Translations under genes and position numbers: made by a program
Source of the DNA: Chloroflexota bacterium
Lineage (GTDB): Bacteria > Chloroflexota > Anaerolineae > Anaerolineales > DRMV01
Direction: 5' to 3'
Length of the DNA: 64,000 nt
Assembly (NCBI GenBank): GCA_011322445.1
Contig: DRMV01000033.1
Span: 6,671-70,670, forward strand
Shown: positions 59,932-64,000 of the stretch, piece by piece
How the letters are laid out: every line of letters begins with the position of its first letter
Position numbering within the stretch: position 1 is the first letter of the stretch
The notes under the pieces: model-generated
What the model saw: the letters and a program-made list of their open reading frames with translations, nothing else
What the model was told of the DNA's origin: nothing
The model's database searches: none

Positions 59932-61083
59932 TCAGGGCCGGGTGTTGGGGTCGAACATTTTGCGATGCTCTTCAATGGCATAGCGATCGGTCATCCCCGC
60001 AATGTAATCGCAAACGGCACGTTCCAGCCCGCGTGCTTCAATCCACTGCTGAATATGGCGCGGTAGCGTATGTGGCTCGGCCGTATAGGCCTGGAACAAG
60101 TCGGTCAGAATACGCTCGGCCTTTACCGCCATGCGCACCACCCGATGGTGACGATAGAGATTGTTATAGAGGAAATCTTTGAGTTCGCGATTGCGGCGTG
60201 TCATCACCTCGCTGAAGCCAATCACATTGTAAGGCAACTGCTGAAGTTCCAGCCGCGATTTGACACCGCTTTCGCGAAGTTTCTGTGCCGTGGTGTAAAC
60301 CACGTCGGTCACTTCCAGGCCAATCAAGCGGCGGATGATGCGGTGGCGGGTGAGTTCATCCAGTTCGCCATGGTGCCAGCCAATGCTTTCTTTCAGAACC
60401 TCCCACAACTCCAGCCCATCCAGCATGTAGGGGGTGATCATACCAGAACGCAGGCCATCGTCGAGATCGTGGGCGGTATAGGCCAATTCATCGGCGGCAT
60501 TGGCAATTTGCGCTTCCAGATGCCCTCGCAGTTCAGGGTCATATTCGCTGGCATCCGAAACATCGTACTCGGTTTCGTGCTTGACGATACCTTCCCGTAC
60601 CTCCCAGGTCAGGTTCAGGCCGGGGAAAGCGGGATAGCGGTTTTCAAGCTTCGTGACGATGCGCAGCGATTGCTTGTTGTGGTCAAAGCCGCCGTGGTCT
60701 TTCATCAAGCGGTTGAGCGTCACCTCGCCCGCATGCCCAAAAGGCGGGTGGCCCAAATCGTGCGCCAGGCAAATGGCTTCGGTCAGGTCTTCGTTCGCGC
60801 CCAACGCCCGCGCAATCGTCCGCCCCACCTGGGTGACTTCCAACGTGTGGGTCAGGCGCGTGCGGTAATAATCGCCCTCGTAGTTGATGAAAACCTGCGT
60901 TTTGTATTCCAGCCGACGGAACGCGGTGGTATGCAAAATGCGGTCGCGATCGCGCTGGAAGACCGTGCGATATTCCGATTCGTCTTCGGGGTAAGCGCGG
61001 CCTTTCGTCTCACTGCTTTTGCAGGCGTAAGGGGCCAGCGCCTGCGCTTCGAGCGCTTCCAACTGCTCACGGGTGAACAACAT
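59932..61083 (-). CDS. dgt: Deoxyguanosinetriphosphate triphosphohydrolase
   Basis: FQRDRDRI, RTRLTHTLEV, AHDLGHPPFGHAGE, DYIAGMTDRYA. Confidence 0.94.
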   Translation of the reverse strand: MLFTREQLEALEAQALAPYACKSSETKGRAYPEDESEYRTVFQRDRDRILHTTAFRRLEYKTQVFINYEGDYYRTRLTHTLEVTQVGRTIARALGANEDLTEAICLAHDLGHPPFGHAGEVTLNRLMKDHGGFDHNKQSLRIVTKLENRYPAFPGLNLTWEVREGIVKHETEYDVSDASEYDPELRGHLEAQIANAADELAYTAHDLDDGLRSGMITPYMLDGLELWEVLKESIGWHHGELDELTRHRIIRRLIGLEVTDVVYTTAQKLRESGVKSRLELQQLPYNVIGFSEVMTRRNRELKDFLYNNLYRHHRVVRMAVKAERILTDLFQAYTAEPHTLPRHIQQWIEARGLERAVCDYIAGMTDRYAIEEHRKMFDPNTRP

Positions 61084-61226
61084 GGTCGTCTCCCTGAAAA
61101 ATCGAAGCGAGGAAAAACCAACCTCCCACGCGGGGAGGTTCTGCCACGCTAAGTTTAATGCTGAATAAGGAAGGTGTCAATGAGCGCGCCGACCGCGTCA
61201 GCACCCACCGCCTGCGCCCATGCGCC

Positions 61227-62039
61227 TCACGCCTTGTTGCGACGGCCGGAGCGGCCCCGCCGGCGCGCAGGTTGCCGGGGCTGGGACGCATGGCCTTCCT
61301 GCAGGGCTTCCTGGCTATACGAAGCCCGCCAGCGCGGGTAAAGCCACAACGCCGCCAACAACACCAACCACGCCACAATCTCTGCCACCCGCACGCCGCC
61401 CCATATCGTGACACTATCGCCCCGGAAGGCCTCCACAAACATGCGCACGGCCGCCAGCAACCCTGCCGTAGCGAGAAAAAGCGTGCCATCGCCGCGGCTT
61501 TGCCTCGAAAGCCGCCATATCGCCACCAAAACACCCGCACTCAGCAGCACTTCGTACACCTGGGTGGGATGTCGCCTGGCCCCCCACAGGGTCACGCCCC
61601 ACGGCAGGCTGGTTGGCATGCCATAAGCGTCACCGCTAAGCACGTGCGCCACGCCCACGAAAAGTGCCATCACCGCCAAACCAGGGGCCAGCGCATCGAG
61701 CGTGGGGCGGAAGGGCAGATGTTTCCGCTGAGCATACAGCCACGCCACCGCCAGCCCCACAACCAACCCTGTTGCCGCATCCAACGTTTGCGGGTTCAAC
61801 GCCAGCAAACTCAAAGGGGCCTTGACAAAGGCCTCGGGGTAACGCGCAGCATACCCCAGGCGCGCCCCCACCACGCCCCCGAGCAACCCTAAAAGCACCA
61901 GGTTGCTGATGGTTTCTCCCGAAAGCCGTAAACGCAATGCCTGCCGGGAGGCAACTTCCAGTCCCAGCCATAAACCCAACAACAGCGCCAGGCCGGGCAA
62001 TTGCAACATCACAGGCCCAATGTGAATATAAGGCAACAT
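61227..62039 (-). CDS. Lgt-family (prolipoprotein diacylglyceryl transferase-like) paralogue
   Basis: MLPYIHIGP, GARLGY, D.LAP, G.PT.LPWG, RHPTQVYE, R.FVE.FR. Confidence 0.8.
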   Translation of the reverse strand: MLPYIHIGPVMLQLPGLALLLGLWLGLEVASRQALRLRLSGETISNLVLLGLLGGVVGARLGYAARYPEAFVKAPLSLLALNPQTLDAATGLVVGLAVAWLYAQRKHLPFRPTLDALAPGLAVMALFVGVAHVLSGDAYGMPTSLPWGVTLWGARRHPTQVYEVLLSAGVLVAIWRLSRQSRGDGTLFLATAGLLAAVRMFVEAFRGDSVTIWGGVRVAEIVAWLVLLAALWLYPRWRASYSQEALQEGHASQPRQPARRRGRSGRRNKA

Positions 62040-62599
62040 CAGGGCGCCTCCTCGCGCAGCAGGTCTTCCACCTTAGAACGGATCAGCCCTTCGCTCATGG
62101 GGCCTCCCACCACCACCGAGCGGATCACACCCTGGCGGTCGATGAAAAACGTCGTCGGCGTGCCCTGCACCTGATACAAGCGGCTCACCTGCGCTCCCCC
62201 ATCCAACAAGACCGTAAAATCCAGGCCATAGTGCTGGACGAAGTTGCCGACCGTGGCCGTGTTGGTTTCCACCGTCACAGCGAGCACGCGCAAGCCACGC
62301 CCTTTTTCATCGGCATACACCCGCTGCAAAGCGGGCATCTCGGCCTTGCAAGGGGCGCACCATGTGGCCCAAAAGTTCAACAGCACCACGTCGCCCCGCA
62401 AATCGTGCAGGCTCACGCGCTGCCCATCCAGCGTGGACAGCGTAAAATCAGGGGCAGCAAAGCCTTCCCGCGGGGCGGGCGGCGGGCCACCGTGCACGCT
62501 TTCCACCGGCGCGCGGGTCAACCAGATCCACCCCGCGCCCAAAATGGCAACCACTGCCAAAATCAGATGGTAGGTTCGCGCTTGAAGATTCAGCACCAA
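62039..62599 (-). CDS. TlpA/ResA family membrane-anchored thiol-disulfide oxidoreductase
   Basis: APDFTL, LNFWATWCAPCKAEMP, PTTFFIDRQG. Confidence 0.93.
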   Translation of the reverse strand: MVLNLQARTYHLILAVVAILGAGWIWLTRAPVESVHGGPPPAPREGFAAPDFTLSTLDGQRVSLHDLRGDVVLLNFWATWCAPCKAEMPALQRVYADEKGRGLRVLAVTVETNTATVGNFVQHYGLDFTVLLDGGAQVSRLYQVQGTPTTFFIDRQGVIRSVVVGGPMSEGLIRSKVEDLLREEAP

Positions 62600-62709
62600 C
62601 GCCTCCTTTTCGTCATGGGAGAAATCTTACCACAGCCAGGGTGCAGGTAAATGTTGTAGACAGGCGATTTCGCCCTCGCCCCACTTTGGCTCGTTTCGCT
62701 CGCCGTTTC

Positions 62710-62784
62710 TCCCCTCTCCCACCGGGAAAGGGGAAAAAGCCGCGCCCCTTCGACTTCGCTCAGGGGGCGGCTTGAGGGGTGAGG
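62710..62784. repeat. REP-like palindromic intergenic element
   Basis: TCCCCTCTCCC-ACC-GGGAAAGGGGA hairpin, then AAGCCGC-GCCCC-TTCGACTTCGCTCAG-GGGGCGGCTT and GAGGGGTGAGG. Confidence 0.55.
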
Positions 62785-62935
62785 ACGTTTCCCACGACAA
62801 GGCAGCCATTTCTACACATTTTGCTTGCCCCCCCACACCCAGACCTTTTGCACATTTCCCGATTTTCGTCTATAATCGTAATCGTTCCGCCCGGCTGGGC
62901 AGATGAACTCGCTCGCATTCTTCAAAGGCAAAGGC

Positions 62936-63751
62936 ATGGACAATACCCGCTCCGACCGGCTGCAAGGCTACATTCAGCGCCTGCTGGAAACCCACGCGGA
63001 CGCGCTTTGGCGGTACCTGCCTCAGGCAGAAAGCATCGTGCAAACGCTGGTCAAGACCCTCACCAGCGACGCTTACTTGCAACGCCAGCCGCCGCTGGGG
63101 CCTACCCAATATGTGCTGGGACTGCCCCCCAGCCAGAGCGAGGCCATCCGCCAAAACAGCCATCTCCTCGACACCCTTGCGCTCGCCATCCATAAAGCCG
63201 GGCACGACATCGGGCTGCGCTTTCCGGTGTTGCCACGCGTATTGCTGGAAAACCGCCCAGACCTGCCGCCCGAAGGCTTTACCCTGGAAGCCCAAATTTG
63301 GGAACCCGAAGCCCTGCAAGCCGTCCCGCTGGACCCAGAAGTCAACATTCCGCCCCAAAGCGCCTACCTCATCATCAACGGGAGCCAGGTGTTCTCGCTG
63401 GAACGCCCCTTGGTGCACATTGGACGCCGCCCCGACAACGACCTGGTGCTGGACGACCCGCGCATCTCCCGCTTGCACGCGCAACTGCGCGCCAACCGGG
63501 GGCGGTTCATGCTCTTCGACCTCAACTCCACCGGCGGCACCTTAGTCAACGGCAAACGCATTACCGCCACCATTCTCTACCCCGGCGATGTCATTACGCT
63601 GGCGGGCGCAACGCTGGTTTACGGCCAGCGCGCCACCCGCCCTTTGCAGGAACGCCCCTACGAAGCCAAGCGGCCGCATGTGGTTAACCTCAAAACCACA
63701 GTGACCTTGCGCCGCCCCCTCCTCGACCCTGAAACCGACGGGAAACCCTGA
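62936..63751 (+). CDS. FHA-domain protein (FhaA-like)
   Basis: IGRRPDNDLVLDDPRISRLHA...DLNSTGGTLVNG; alternative start 62903. Confidence 0.88.
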   Translation: MDNTRSDRLQGYIQRLLETHADALWRYLPQAESIVQTLVKTLTSDAYLQRQPPLGPTQYVLGLPPSQSEAIRQNSHLLDTLALAIHKAGHDIGLRFPVLPRVLLENRPDLPPEGFTLEAQIWEPEALQAVPLDPEVNIPPQSAYLIINGSQVFSLERPLVHIGRRPDNDLVLDDPRISRLHAQLRANRGRFMLFDLNSTGGTLVNGKRITATILYPGDVITLAGATLVYGQRATRPLQERPYEAKRPHVVNLKTTVTLRRPLLDPETDGKP

Positions 63752-63766
63752 CCAGGAGAGACCCTC

Positions 63767-64000
63767 ATGGCACCATCCAAACCCATTCTCCTCGGCATCA
63801 TCGGCGGCTCCGGCCTGTATGCCATGGAAGGGCTGGAAGACGTTCAGGAACACACGATCGACACCCCCTTTGGGAAACCCAGCGCGCCCATCGTGGTCGG
63901 CACGCTGGAAGGCCAGCGCGTGGCCTTCCTGGCACGGCATGGCATCGGCCACCACATTTCGCCTTCCGAAATCAACTATCGCGCCAACATCTACGCCCTC
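63767..64000 (+). CDS. mtnP: S-methyl-5'-thioadenosine phosphorylase, partial (runs off window)
   Basis: Manual translation [18 protein letters not shown]...TPFGKPS...[28 protein letters not shown]. Confidence 0.9.
   Translation, partial: MAPSKPILLGIIGGSGLYAMEGLEDVQEHTIDTPFGKPSAPIVVGTLEGQRVAFLARHGIGHHISPSEINYRANIYAL

Noticed and set aside
59932..61083. Anti-phage dGTPase
   Set aside because: Short housekeeping-type Dgt beside greA, typical codon usage

Overview
GC-rich (roughly 60%) bacterial chromosomal segment with about 57 genes. Gene content and protein style (Flp pilin MLFAPKEKGQGLVEYAL, NBR1-Ig lipoprotein, DUF5679-TopA fusion, GT-C clusters) suggest Chloroflexota, class Anaerolineae, probably a thermophile; this is an inference. 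Most genes are housekeeping or metabolic: sirtuin, tal, hisS, ndk, menD, argF, ald-like, pyk, hflX, phnDCE, dprA, manC, topA, greA, dgt, mtnP and tRNA-Thr(CGT). No CRISPR array, integrase, transposase or prophage was seen. Most notable: (1) a two-gene module encoding a DUF505-like protein with eight tandem winged-helix signatures, preceded by a leader with competing terminator/antiterminator folds; (2) an unexplained, highly structured ~290-nt intergenic element before hisS; (3) four coupled GT-C glycosyltransferases followed by DegU/DegS-like regulators and an unannotated Flp pilin; (4) several enzymes with altered catalytic motifs (ICM-type mutase, Ald-like protein, ComEC MBL domain, Lgt paralogue, DegS-like kinase). 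Family names come from motif recognition by eye, not database searches.
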